Shown here: in pieces, positions 26,190 through 36,097 of the stretch
Numbering within the stretch: position 1 is the first letter of the stretch
Layout: every line of letters begins with the position of its first letter
Source of the DNA: Bdellovibrionales bacterium
GTDB lineage: Bacteria > Bdellovibrionota > Bdellovibrionia > Bdellovibrionales > CAYMLA01
Assembly: GCA_965217115.1 (NCBI GenBank)
Contig: OZ244239.1
Location: 1,361,430-1,425,429, forward strand
Direction: 5' to 3'
DNA: 64,000 bases
The notes under the pieces: generated by a model
What the model saw: the letters and a program-made list of their open reading frames with translations, nothing else
Database searches by the model: none
Told to the model about the DNA's origin: nothing
Position numbers and translations under genes: made by a program

Positions 26190-27248
26190 ATGAAAACTAG
26201 ACTTTACTCTTTTTGGACGACTAGAATGGTCTTTATGTTTCAGGTGATATTCAAGCGTCTGTATGGTTCATTGCCGACTCTTTTGGGCGTCTCTTTTTTG
26301 GCTTTTGTTCTAATTCGTCTCGTTCCAGGGGACCCTGTACTTGTGTTGCTTGGAGAACGGGGAGGGTCGCCAGAGGTTGTGGCGGAGCTACAGGAAAAAT
26401 TAGGTTTAGATCAACCAGCATGGAAGCAGTATTTTATTTTTATTGGCAACGCTATTCAGGGAGACTTGGGGACATCTATTATTACCAAAAGGCCTGTGTG
26501 GGAGGAATTTATTGATCGTTTTCCAGCGACGTTAGAGTTGGGGATGTTGGGATTATTGTTTGCGATCGTACTGGGTATTCCAATGGGTATTATTGCAGCG
26601 GTGAAGCGTAATTCTTTTTGGGATTACTCTATTATGGGTGGAGCCTTGTTGGGGTATTCCATGCCTATATTTTGGTGGGGCTTGCTATTGATTCTTATTT
26701 TTTCCATTAGTTTAGGGTGGACTCCTGTCTCAGGAAGGATCAGTGCTTTTTATGATGTGGACTCAATTACGGGGTTTATGCTTATTGATACTTTAATGAG
26801 TGAGGATGGGTGGTCTGCGTTTAAGAATGCATTGAAACATCTTATTTTGCCATCCATTGTTTTAGGAACAATTCCTCTGGCAGTGATTGCTCGCATGACA
26901 CGATCTAGTTTGCTTGAAGTGATTCGAGAAGATTATATGCGCACGGCTAAGGCGAAGGGCGTGGGAGGAATGAAATTGATTTTACGCCATGGTTTGCGCA
27001 ATGCTTTGATTCCAGTGGTGACGGTGATAGGTTTGATGGTGGGGAGTGTAATTACGGGAGCTATTTTGACAGAGACGATTTTTTCATGGCCAGGGATTGG
27101 TCGTTGGCTCGTACAAAGCGTGGTGTCACGAGATTATCCTGTTATTCAAGGGGGAATACTGTGCATTGCTACGGTGGTGATTTTGGTGAATTTATTTGTC
27201 GATCTCACCTACTTGTGGATTGATCCTAAAATGAGGAAAAAGGCTTAA
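26190..27248 (+). CDS. ABC transporter permease (DppB/OppB-like)
   Basis: FVLIRLVPGDPV N-terminal motif and the EAA-loop region REDYMRTAKAKG. The true start is probably internal (ATG at 26226 or 26235). Confidence 0.88.
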   Translation: MKTRLYSFWTTRMVFMFQVIFKRLYGSLPTLLGVSFLAFVLIRLVPGDPVLVLLGERGGSPEVVAELQEKLGLDQPAWKQYFIFIGNAIQGDLGTSIITKRPVWEEFIDRFPATLELGMLGLLFAIVLGIPMGIIAAVKRNSFWDYSIMGGALLGYSMPIFWWGLLLILIFSISLGWTPVSGRISAFYDVDSITGFMLIDTLMSEDGWSAFKNALKHLILPSIVLGTIPLAVIARMTRSSLLEVIREDYMRTAKAKGVGGMKLILRHGLRNALIPVVTVIGLMVGSVITGAILTETIFSWPGIGRWLVQSVVSRDYPVIQGGILCIATVVILVNLFVDLTYLWIDPKMRKKA

Positions 27249-28097
27249 ATGGAAAAGTGGAATTTTTTTTGTCACAACAAAGGAGCTTTGGGAGGACTTG
27301 TTATTGTTCTTTTATTTGTTCTGCTGGCGATATTGGCTCCTTTAATAGCTCCCTACTCTCCAATACAAATTCATGAGGGGGCTTATCGTATCGAGCCTTT
27401 TTGGACCTTGGAAGGAAGCTTCCTTTATATTCTTGGTACAGATGACATTGGAAGAGATCTTTTGAGTCGTTTGATTTATGGAGCACGAATTTCTCTGGGG
27501 ATTGGGTTTTTAATTGTAACCTTCTCTCTTTTTATAGGCACGACATTAGGTTTATTGGCAGGTTATTATGAGGGAAAAATAGAGAGTGTTATTATGCGCT
27601 CGGTGGATATTCTAATGTCTTTACCCAGTATTTTACTGGCAATTGTTGTTGTAGCTATTTTAGGACCGAGTTTGATGAACACAGTTGTCGCGGTAGGCAT
27701 TGTTGGTATTCCTTCCTTTGTTCGTTTGGTGAGAGCTTCAGTTAAGGCAGAAAAGTCAAAAGAGTATGTGATTGCGGCAAGGAGTTTTGGAGCATCGTCT
27801 TGGAGGATTGCTATTTTAAATATTCTTCCGAATTGTTTTGCTCCGATTGTTGTGCAAGCGACTTTGGGTTTCAGTGATGGTATTTTAAATGCGGCAGCCT
27901 TGGGTTTTCTTGGTTTAGGGGTTCAGGCGCCTACACCAGAATGGGGGACGATGCTTTCTGACGCTCGTTCCTATATAGAGACGTCACCATGGCTTGTGAC
28001 ATTGCCAGGGCTGTGTATTTTGATTGTTGTTTTAGCATTTAATCTTTTTGGTGATGGGTTACGCGATACCTTTGACCCAAAATTAAGAGGCTCTTAG
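27249..28097 (+). CDS. ABC transporter permease (DppC/OppC-like)
   Basis: ILGTDDIGRDLLSRLIYGARISL and the EAA-loop region EYVIAARSFGAS. The ATG lies 1 nt after the preceding stop. Confidence 0.9.
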   Translation: MEKWNFFCHNKGALGGLVIVLLFVLLAILAPLIAPYSPIQIHEGAYRIEPFWTLEGSFLYILGTDDIGRDLLSRLIYGARISLGIGFLIVTFSLFIGTTLGLLAGYYEGKIESVIMRSVDILMSLPSILLAIVVVAILGPSLMNTVVAVGIVGIPSFVRLVRASVKAEKSKEYVIAARSFGASSWRIAILNILPNCFAPIVVQATLGFSDGILNAAALGFLGLGVQAPTPEWGTMLSDARSYIETSPWLVTLPGLCILIVVLAFNLFGDGLRDTFDPKLRGS

Positions 28098-28123
28098 GGG
28101 CTAGTTATTTTTTTGGAGAATTT

Positions 28124-29500
28124 ATGGCGCAACTAATAACGAAAAACCCCTATAGTCTGGTAGAAATTAATTCCTATGAGATGGATGATTTTGAAAATTC
28201 TAAATTAAAAGTTCAAAGATTAGAAACGGCCCAAAAAACATGGGGCCATGTTGACCTTTCCAAGAGAATTAATCTTGTTAAAAAAGGAATGGAGTATTTT
28301 GAAAATCATCGAGTTGAGATAGCCAAAGATATTAGCGAACAAATAGGTCGACCTTTGCATTATTGCGATGGAGAAGTGAAGGGTTTTTTTGAAAGAGCCG
28401 ATCACCTTTGTGCCATTGCTAGAAGGAGCTTAGCTGTTGAGGTCATTGAGCCCAAGGAGGGGTTTGAGCGAAGTATTGAAGCAACTCCTCTGGGAGTTGT
28501 CTTTGTTATTGCCGCATGGAACTACCCTCTTCTGATTGCAGTGAACTCTATTATACCAGCATTACTTGCGGGGAACACTGTGCTGTTGAAGCACTCTAAG
28601 CTAACTCCTGAAATCGGCAGACACTTTGAAAAAGCGTTTGGAAAATTAGGGGAGTTTGGAGATCTATTATTTAATGTGATTACTGATCATGAGACCACAG
28701 GAAAAATCATTGAAAACACGGGTGTTAATCATGTGGTTTTTACGGGCTCAGTGAACGGTGGTCGTCAGATTCTCTCCCATACCTCGAAGCGTTTTATGAT
28801 GCCTGGTTTAGAGTTAGGGGGGAAAGATGCAGCTTATGTTCACAGTGATGCCGATTTGGCGTTAGCTGTTGAAGCTGTTGTTGATGGGGCCCTTTTTAAT
28901 TCAGGGCAAAGTTGTTGCGGAATAGAGAGAGCTTATGTTCATGAAGATGTCTATGAGGATTTTGTGAATAAGGCTCAAAAGACTATGAGTAGCTATAAAA
29001 TGGGCGACCCAAATGATGAGAATGTCCAACTAGGGCCTTTGGCGCAACCACACGCGGCTGAAGTTATGCAAAACCAAGTCGAAGAGGCGAGGTCTAAAGG
29101 TGCTAAGGTTGTTATTGGTGGAGAAATACATAAAATAAAGAAGGCCGTCTTTTTTCCTGCAACATTAGTTGTTAATGCTGACAATAATATGGAGATCATG
29201 CGTGAAGAGAATTTTGGACCGATACTCTCGGTGATGAAGGTGAAATCTTTGCAGGAAGGCATAGAGAACATCAATGACTCCAACTATGGTTTAACTTCTG
29301 CTATTTTCACCAAGACAAAAGAGACAGCTCAAAATTTTGCTAATCAAGTCGATACAGGAACTGTGTTTATGAATCGTTGTGATTATTTGGATCCAACTTT
29401 GCCGTGGACGGGAGTTAAGGACAGTGGTTGTGGATCATCTTTGTCTCATTTTGGTTTTTTACACCTCACTCGCAGGAAATCGTTACACTTTAAAACATAG
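28124..29500 (+). CDS. NAD(P)-dependent aldehyde dehydrogenase
   Basis: LELGGKDA (catalytic Glu) and GQSCCGIER (catalytic Cys), 458 aa. Confidence 0.9.
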   Translation: MAQLITKNPYSLVEINSYEMDDFENSKLKVQRLETAQKTWGHVDLSKRINLVKKGMEYFENHRVEIAKDISEQIGRPLHYCDGEVKGFFERADHLCAIARRSLAVEVIEPKEGFERSIEATPLGVVFVIAAWNYPLLIAVNSIIPALLAGNTVLLKHSKLTPEIGRHFEKAFGKLGEFGDLLFNVITDHETTGKIIENTGVNHVVFTGSVNGGRQILSHTSKRFMMPGLELGGKDAAYVHSDADLALAVEAVVDGALFNSGQSCCGIERAYVHEDVYEDFVNKAQKTMSSYKMGDPNDENVQLGPLAQPHAAEVMQNQVEEARSKGAKVVIGGEIHKIKKAVFFPATLVVNADNNMEIMREENFGPILSVMKVKSLQEGIENINDSNYGLTSAIFTKTKETAQNFANQVDTGTVFMNRCDYLDPTLPWTGVKDSGCGSSLSHFGFLHLTRRKSLHFKT

Positions 29501-29508
29501 GAAGTATT

Positions 29509-30885
29509 ATGGAAAAAGATTTTTTAACAATTATAAAAACGTATAAAGAAAAAAATGTTAAATGCATTAAGCTGGCCATCACTGATATTGATGGTGTTAT
29601 GCGTGGGAAATACATAAATCTAGATAAATTTGAATCCGTATTAAAGGCCACAGGTGGCTTTTGCGACTGTGTTTTTGGTTGGGACGTCGTTGATAAGCTC
29701 TATGAAAATGATGTCGACTTTACAGGTTGGCATACGGCTTATCCTGATGCTCTCTTTAAAATTGATTTAAAAACACAGAGATGGCTTACCGAAGAGCAGA
29801 TTCCATTTTTTATTGCCGATTTTGTTGATAACGATGGTGAGAGTCTCCACTCTGTGTGCCCTAGAAATTTATTAAAAAGAGTTCTTAGGCAAGCTGAGGA
29901 AATGGGGATGGGCTTTAATCTGGCTTTTGAGTATGAATTTTTTCTTTTTAATGAGACTCCTCATTCTGTGCGTGAGAAGGGCTACAAGAACCTCACTCCT
30001 TTTACGCCTGGAATGTTCGGCTATAGCATGATTAGGAGTTCGACTTATTCAGACATTTTTAACGACTTGATGGATTATTTTTCAGAATTAAATATAGAGA
30101 TCGAGGGTCTCCATTGTGAAACAGGTCCAGGTGTGTTGGAGGCAGCGATAAAATACGGAGAGGCTCTTGATTCTGCCGACAAAGCCGTGTTATTTAAGAC
30201 TTTCTGTAAAGTGTTTTTTCAAAAGAGAGAGATTATGGCGACGTTTATGGCTCGTTGGAGCTTAGAATATCCAGGCCAAAGTGGGCACATACATATTTCT
30301 CCCTACGATCTCAAAACAAATAAAAACCTATTTCATGATGCCTCTGATGGAAATAACATGAGTTCTATGATGAAGTCATTTGTCGCTGGTATGTCTAAGT
30401 ATATGAAAGAATTTTTACCATTAACGACACCGACAATAAACTCTTACACACGATTGGTTAAGGGTTTTTGGGCTCCGACGGCAGCCACGTGGGGGGTAGA
30501 GAATAGAACTTGCGCCCTTAGAGTTATTCCAGGCAGTGATAAATCACAACGGGTAGAGTATCGAGTTGGTGCGGCTGACGGCAATCCTTATATTTGTGCA
30601 GCAGCAGTTATTGGAGCTGGTTTGCAGGGAGTAAAAGAAGGTCTTAAAATTTTAGAACCAATAAAAGGCAATGCTTATGATGTTCAAGACGATTTACCAC
30701 AGGAGTTGCAGTTACCAAGTTCTTTAAAAGATTCAATAAAAAACCTAGCTAAATCAACTGTGGCCCCTGAAATTTTTGGAGAAAAATTTGTGCAGCATTT
30801 TGTAAAAACTCGTGAGTGGGAAGTTTCAGAGTATGAAAAAGCAATCACTGACTGGCAACTAGAGAGATATTTTGAAATTATTTAG
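29509..30885 (+). CDS. Glutamine-synthetase-family gamma-glutamyl-amine ligase (PuuA-like)
   Basis: GS fold sequence (FEYEFFLF, HCETGPGVLE, SGHIHIS, NRTCALRV...RVEYR). Its context with an ALDH and a GATase1 hydrolase is analogous to the E. coli Puu pathway. Confidence 0.8.
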   Translation: MEKDFLTIIKTYKEKNVKCIKLAITDIDGVMRGKYINLDKFESVLKATGGFCDCVFGWDVVDKLYENDVDFTGWHTAYPDALFKIDLKTQRWLTEEQIPFFIADFVDNDGESLHSVCPRNLLKRVLRQAEEMGMGFNLAFEYEFFLFNETPHSVREKGYKNLTPFTPGMFGYSMIRSSTYSDIFNDLMDYFSELNIEIEGLHCETGPGVLEAAIKYGEALDSADKAVLFKTFCKVFFQKREIMATFMARWSLEYPGQSGHIHISPYDLKTNKNLFHDASDGNNMSSMMKSFVAGMSKYMKEFLPLTTPTINSYTRLVKGFWAPTAATWGVENRTCALRVIPGSDKSQRVEYRVGAADGNPYICAAAVIGAGLQGVKEGLKILEPIKGNAYDVQDDLPQELQLPSSLKDSIKNLAKSTVAPEIFGEKFVQHFVKTREWEVSEYEKAITDWQLERYFEII

Positions 30886-30893
30886 GAGATCTT

Positions 30894-32048
30894 ATGAAGC
30901 AATTTGATTTTCCAACGACATTGATTTATGGCGAAGGTGCTTTGGAGGAGTTGTCTCTGCGAATTGCGAAAACAAGATCAAGTTCTTTGTTGTTAGTGAC
31001 AGATAAGACGCTTGTAGAGGTTGGCATTGTATCCTTTGTCATGGATGAGTTAGTAAAGAGAGGCCTAAAGGTTACTATTTATGATGGGACTGACTCTAAC
31101 CCTACGGAAGACAATGTTTTAGAAGGGGCGGAAATTTATAAAGAGCATAAATGTGATGCCGTAGTTGCTCTTGGTGGGGGAAGCCCGATGGATGTTGCTA
31201 AGGGGGTTGTAGTTATGGCAAAAAATGACGGTCCTTTGGCGAAATATGATAATTGTTTCGGTGGTGAGAGACATATTACCAACCCACTGCCTCCTCTCTA
31301 TGCGATTCCAACAACTGCGGGAACGGGGAGTGAGGTTGGTCGCTCTGGAGTGATCATTATTAAAGAGACCAATGATAAGACGATTATTTTCCATCCAGAT
31401 CTTTTGCCAAAAATGGCTGCTCTTGATCCTGTATTGACGAAGGGTTTACCTCCACATATTACGGCAGCAACTGGCATAGATGCATTTACTCATAGTCTTG
31501 AGGCTTATTTTTCTCCTGAATTTCACCCGATGGCTGATGGAATTGCCTTGGAGGGAATGAAGATTATTTTAGATAACTTAGAAACTGCAGTGCGAGAGGG
31601 AGAAAACATTGAAGCTCGGTCAAAAATGTTAATAGCTTCATCTATGGGAGCGACGGCTTTTCAAAAAGGCCTTGGAATGACTCACTCTATAGCTCATCCA
31701 CTATCAAGCGAGTGTGGACTGCATCACGGTTTAGCCAATGCAATCATGCTTCCATTTTGTATCGCATTTTTAGAAGAATCTAATCTTAGTGAATTCCAAA
31801 GAGAAAAAATAGCCGATGTTCAAGGTCTTTTTGAAAAAAGAAATCTCTCTAAGGAGACACTTTCCCAATCTTGCAAATCTTATTTCGAGAGATTGGGGAT
31901 TAAATCCGGTCTTTCAAATTACAATGTCACTGAAGATCAAATCAAGATTCTTAGTGAAAAAGCGCTTAAGGACCCCTGTCATCAAACCAATATGATACCA
32001 GTGGACCTTGAGGATTTTAAAAAAGTTATAAGAAGGAGTTTGAGTTGA
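30894..32048 (+). CDS. Iron-containing (group III) alcohol dehydrogenase
   Basis: GGGSPMDVAK, the PTTAGTGSE glycine-rich motif, and a His-rich metal site (HSIAHPLS...HHG). Confidence 0.9.
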   Translation: MKQFDFPTTLIYGEGALEELSLRIAKTRSSSLLLVTDKTLVEVGIVSFVMDELVKRGLKVTIYDGTDSNPTEDNVLEGAEIYKEHKCDAVVALGGGSPMDVAKGVVVMAKNDGPLAKYDNCFGGERHITNPLPPLYAIPTTAGTGSEVGRSGVIIIKETNDKTIIFHPDLLPKMAALDPVLTKGLPPHITAATGIDAFTHSLEAYFSPEFHPMADGIALEGMKIILDNLETAVREGENIEARSKMLIASSMGATAFQKGLGMTHSIAHPLSSECGLHHGLANAIMLPFCIAFLEESNLSEFQREKIADVQGLFEKRNLSKETLSQSCKSYFERLGIKSGLSNYNVTEDQIKILSEKALKDPCHQTNMIPVDLEDFKKVIRRSLS

Positions 32049-32734
32049 TAGGGATTCTTGATTCTTACCATGAGGATAAAACGCCTGGAAATTATCAGGA
32101 AGAATATATTCCTGTAATTTTAAAGTTTTTTGATAAAATTTTTGAGTCAAGGGTTTACCATGTTGCTCAAAATGATTTTCCCCGTTCTGTGAATGATTGC
32201 GATGGTTGGATTATTACGGGCAGTCCTCGGAGTTGTTACGATGGAGATGAATGGCTAAAAAAATTAAGCACCTTTATTAATGAAGCACACAGAAACAAGT
32301 CTAAGCTCTTTGGCATTTGTTTTGGTCATCAAATAATAGCTCACAGTCTGGGAGGGAGAACTTTAAGGTCAGAAAAAGGCTGGGGTATTGGTGTTAGAGA
32401 GATTAAAATCATTGAACACAAGCCTTGGATGGAACCAGGCTTAGAAGATATCAAGCTTATTTTTTCACACCAAGATCAAGTTGTACAGCTTCCGTCAGAG
32501 GCGAAGCTCCTTGGGCAGAGTGAATTTTGTCCTAATGAAATGTATTCTATAGGTGAGCATATTTTTTCAATTCAAGGACACCCAGAGGTTACGAAGGATT
32601 TTGCCTTAAATAGGTTAGAGTCCCGTTTAGAGGAGATCGGTGAGTTAGCATCTTGCATTGCTAGAGAATCTTTAAACTCTCAAAGCCCCGATAATGATAT
32701 TGTGGGGGCTTGGGTTAAAAGCTTTTTTTCTTAA
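32045..32734 (+). CDS. Class I glutamine amidotransferase-like hydrolase (PuuD-like candidate)
   Basis: The nucleophile elbow GICFGHQ and the QGHPE His/Glu pair. Its TTG start overlaps the ADH stop by 4 nt. Confidence 0.75.
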   Translation: MIGILDSYHEDKTPGNYQEEYIPVILKFFDKIFESRVYHVAQNDFPRSVNDCDGWIITGSPRSCYDGDEWLKKLSTFINEAHRNKSKLFGICFGHQIIAHSLGGRTLRSEKGWGIGVREIKIIEHKPWMEPGLEDIKLIFSHQDQVVQLPSEAKLLGQSEFCPNEMYSIGEHIFSIQGHPEVTKDFALNRLESRLEEIGELASCIARESLNSQSPDNDIVGAWVKSFFS

Positions 32735-32775
32735 ATTATTTATAATTAGTCAGTAGAATTCTTGAGTTTAAATGA

Positions 32776-34077
32776 TTACATCTGTTCTTTACTGACTTCT
32801 TCGATCTTGGCGTGTTCGATCAAATAATTAACAACCTTTTCCTCGATAATTTGGTAGGTTAATCGCGATCGCTGCTCATCAGAGCCGTAGAACTCTTTGA
32901 TTTTACTGAGATCAAGTCCTGTTTGTTGAGCCATTTCAGTGTATTTTTGTTCGAAGTCACTGTCTTCACAGCTTATTTTTTTCTCTTTGGCAACGGCATC
33001 GATCATAAATCCTGAATGAACCATCTCCTTGGCCATATTATCAAAATCCTGTCCCCATTTTTGTGAGTATTCAATAAAGTCTTTTTCGTTCATACCCTGT
33101 TCGGTCATGCGTTTCTGCACGTCATTGATGAGATTTTGTTTTTGCTCTGTTTGCAGGGACTTTGGAACATCCATCGGGTTCTCTTGGACAAGCTTCTTTA
33201 AAACATTATTTTTTAAATCTTCTTTAATGCGATTTTCTTCATTTTTAAGTAAATCTCTATGAATTGTTTTCTTAAGGTCTTGGAGAGTCTGGTCCTTGCC
33301 ACCGAGTGATTTAATAAGTTCGTCGTTAAGTTCAGGAAGTTCTGATTTTTGTAGCTTGTTGAGTTTGACCTTGAATTCAACAGGTTTACCAGAAATCTCT
33401 TTTGCGTGATAATCATCAGGAAATTTTGTCGATATATTTTTCTCAGAACCAACCTTCATACCAACTACTTTTTCTTCAAAACCTTCAATGAAGTTTTTTG
33501 ATCCAAGTTCCAAGGAGTGGTCTTTTCCAGAGCCCCCTTCTAAGGGAGCGCCATTGATGGAGCCGTCAAAATCAATGATAGCAATATCGCCCATTTGTGC
33601 AGGTCGATCTTCAAAGATATCTACGGCTGTGGCTTTGCTTTTTCTGATGTTTTCAAGAGTTTGATCTACTTGAGAATCGTCTAATTTTAAAATTTCTTTC
33701 TTAATAGAGAGGCCTTCAGAAGTTTTGAGAGTAACTTTAGGGCGAACCTCAAATAGGGCAGAGAAAGAAAAGGAAGAGCTTTCGTTGATATCTTTGAAGT
33801 CAAACTGAGGGTTGCCTATAGGTTCTAAGGTGTGTTCAGTTAATGCTTCCCCGTAGTTAGTTTGCACAATGTCTTGCAAGACGTCTTGTTTAACTTTGTC
33901 GCCATAAGACTGACGAATTTTGTTTAAAGGAGCTTTGCCCTTGCGAAAGCCAGAGATATCAGCGTCTTTTTGAATGACACGGTAGATTTTATTAAAAGCT
34001 GTTTTTACTGTTTCACTAGGAACTTCAATATTGAGTCTACGCTCTAGTTTTGATAATTCTTCGACATGGCTCTTCAT
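32776..34077 (-). CDS. tig: Trigger factor
   Basis: 433 aa with N-terminal ribosome-binding region GFRKGKAP and a central FKBP-type domain. Confidence 0.92.
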   Translation of the reverse strand: MKSHVEELSKLERRLNIEVPSETVKTAFNKIYRVIQKDADISGFRKGKAPLNKIRQSYGDKVKQDVLQDIVQTNYGEALTEHTLEPIGNPQFDFKDINESSSFSFSALFEVRPKVTLKTSEGLSIKKEILKLDDSQVDQTLENIRKSKATAVDIFEDRPAQMGDIAIIDFDGSINGAPLEGGSGKDHSLELGSKNFIEGFEEKVVGMKVGSEKNISTKFPDDYHAKEISGKPVEFKVKLNKLQKSELPELNDELIKSLGGKDQTLQDLKKTIHRDLLKNEENRIKEDLKNNVLKKLVQENPMDVPKSLQTEQKQNLINDVQKRMTEQGMNEKDFIEYSQKWGQDFDNMAKEMVHSGFMIDAVAKEKKISCEDSDFEQKYTEMAQQTGLDLSKIKEFYGSDEQRSRLTYQIIEEKVVNYLIEHAKIEEVSKEQM

Positions 34078-34196
34078 GGTTTTAGGCTCCTTAAGAGTTT
34101 TATATTCAGTTAATGTACTGACCTACTGCTAGAAGCTCTTAAATGCAAGTCTAGGGAGAATTTTGTCGCTTTCAGGTCAGCGATGTACTATGCCAT

Positions 34197-35027
34197 GTGA
34201 GTATGAATCAGCAAAAAATTATCTTAGTTTCAGGTAAGGGGGGAGTGGGTAAAAGCACGTTGGCCGCTTGTTTGGCTCAAAAACTGGCAAATGAAGGTCA
34301 AGAGGTGTTGCTTGTGAGGCTTTGCCGCTCATCTTCAAAAGAAAAGGCATCTCTCCGGGCCTCAACCCTATTTCCAGGGGCAGAACCATTTCAAGTGGCC
34401 TATTGGATGGGACTTGGGTGTTTACAGGATTATGTAACGCACGTAGTCAAATCTTCAAAGGTGGCTTCCTTGTTTTTTGCGAATCTGACAGTTCGCCGCT
34501 TACTAGAGGTGGCTCCCGGGCTGTGTGAGTTGTCTATTTTGGGAAAACTAACCAGTGGTATTCGCGGAGTTGGAGATTTGTTTTCTTACGATGTTGTGGT
34601 GGTGGATGGTTATGCGACGGGACACACATTATCTCTTTTGAAGGCTCCTGTTGCGATGAGAGATTTTTTTTCCACAGGGAGTCTTAAAAACCCCATGGGA
34701 GAGCAGAGTTCTGATATTTTAAAAGTATTGCAAAATAAAAACATCTTTAAAGTGGTGATTGCGACTCTTCCCGAGGAATTTTCTTTAGAGGAGTCTTGTG
34801 GTTTTGCGCAGGAATTAGAAAAATTAGAGATAGAGTGTGAGTTTTGGTTGAATCGTGTTTGGCCTGAGTGTCCAGAGAAAATAAAAGAAGGATTGTGGTG
34901 GGATCGGGTCAAAGCACAGAAGCGAGCTCTGGTTAAAAATCCTGAGAAATTTTCTATGGAGTGGCCTTTTATTCCATACGTTCAACGAGAGGAGTTATAT
35001 AGAAAATTACTAGGAGAGGTTCTATGA
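34197..35027 (+). CDS. ArsA/Get3-family P-loop ATPase, half-size subunit 1
   Basis: Deviant Walker A SGKGGVGKST and the ArsA signature-like DGYATGHTLSLLKAP. GTG start at 34197, with an in-frame ATG at 34203. Confidence 0.72.
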   Translation: MSMNQQKIILVSGKGGVGKSTLAACLAQKLANEGQEVLLVRLCRSSSKEKASLRASTLFPGAEPFQVAYWMGLGCLQDYVTHVVKSSKVASLFFANLTVRRLLEVAPGLCELSILGKLTSGIRGVGDLFSYDVVVVDGYATGHTLSLLKAPVAMRDFFSTGSLKNPMGEQSSDILKVLQNKNIFKVVIATLPEEFSLEESCGFAQELEKLEIECEFWLNRVWPECPEKIKEGLWWDRVKAQKRALVKNPEKFSMEWPFIPYVQREELYRKLLGEVL

Positions 35028-36097
35028 AAAAAGTGAGTTCACTTTTTGAGTCTAACCGCATTTTGGTTTGTGTTGGGGCAGGGGGAGTTGGTAAAACCAC
35101 AGTGGCAGCTTCTCTGGGAGTTTTATCGGCAAAGGCTGGGTTGAAAACTCTTGTTCTCACGGTGGACCCCTCTCGACGCCTAGCTAAGGCGTTTGGTCTT
35201 GGGGATTCAGAAGAGCAAAAACAAATTCACTGGGAAGATGTTTGTTTTCCACAAGGGGGAGAGTTCTGGGTGGGGGCGATTTGTCACGAGTTATTTTTTG
35301 CTCGTTTTATTCGCGAAGGGGTTAAGGATGAAGCTCTTTTGCAGAAACTAATAAAGAATAAAATATACCAAAAATTAACTGATACTTTATCTGGTTCCCA
35401 GGATTTTACATCTATGGGGAGATTGTTAGAGGCATGGGAATCTCAAGAATTTGATTTGATCGTTTTAGACACTCCTCCGAGTGAGCATGCTTTGGATTTT
35501 TTTCAAGCTCCTAAAAAATTTCAAAGGATTTTTGATAAAAAATTAATGAGTTGGTTTTCTCAAGAGAAGGACACAGATAGAAAACTCCCAAACCTTCTTA
35601 AATCTCTTGTGGGTTTTGGTCTTCAATCAGCACAGAGTGTTTTGCAAAAATTAACAGGAAGCTCTTTTATGTTAGAATTGACAGAGTTCTTTTCGGCATT
35701 GAGTCATTGGCAACAGGAATTAAGTGACAAGACGAAAAAAGTTGATGAACTTTTAAAAAGTTCAAATTTAAAATTTGTCGTTGTGACAGGTGCAGAGGAA
35801 GAGCGTTTGGAGCAAACAGAGTATTTAAAAAATCAGTTACAGCAAGAGGGCTTATCTTTAGAGGTGGTGGTGGTTAATCGTATTTTTCCATCGCCAGATT
35901 CTGTAAGTCGAGAACATTGGCCAGAATTGGAGAAACATTATTCTTATCAAAAAAATCTGTGTCAAAAATTGAGTCTCGATTTAAATGGAGTACCTGTCAT
36001 TGAGGTTTTAGAAATGAAGGAAGATATAGGAAGTCTTGACGGAGTGATGATCTTTTCAGAGTTGATATTAAAAAATGAACAGGAGATGGGTTTATGA
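35024..36097 (+). CDS. ArsA/Get3-family P-loop ATPase, half-size subunit 2 (divergent)
   Basis: GAGGVGKTT, VDPSRRLA and DTPPSEHALDFF. ATGA start/stop overlaps occur with both the upstream and the downstream genes. Confidence 0.72.
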   Translation: MKKVSSLFESNRILVCVGAGGVGKTTVAASLGVLSAKAGLKTLVLTVDPSRRLAKAFGLGDSEEQKQIHWEDVCFPQGGEFWVGAICHELFFARFIREGVKDEALLQKLIKNKIYQKLTDTLSGSQDFTSMGRLLEAWESQEFDLIVLDTPPSEHALDFFQAPKKFQRIFDKKLMSWFSQEKDTDRKLPNLLKSLVGFGLQSAQSVLQKLTGSSFMLELTEFFSALSHWQQELSDKTKKVDELLKSSNLKFVVVTGAEEERLEQTEYLKNQLQQEGLSLEVVVVNRIFPSPDSVSREHWPELEKHYSYQKNLCQKLSLDLNGVPVIEVLEMKEDIGSLDGVMIFSELILKNEQEMGL

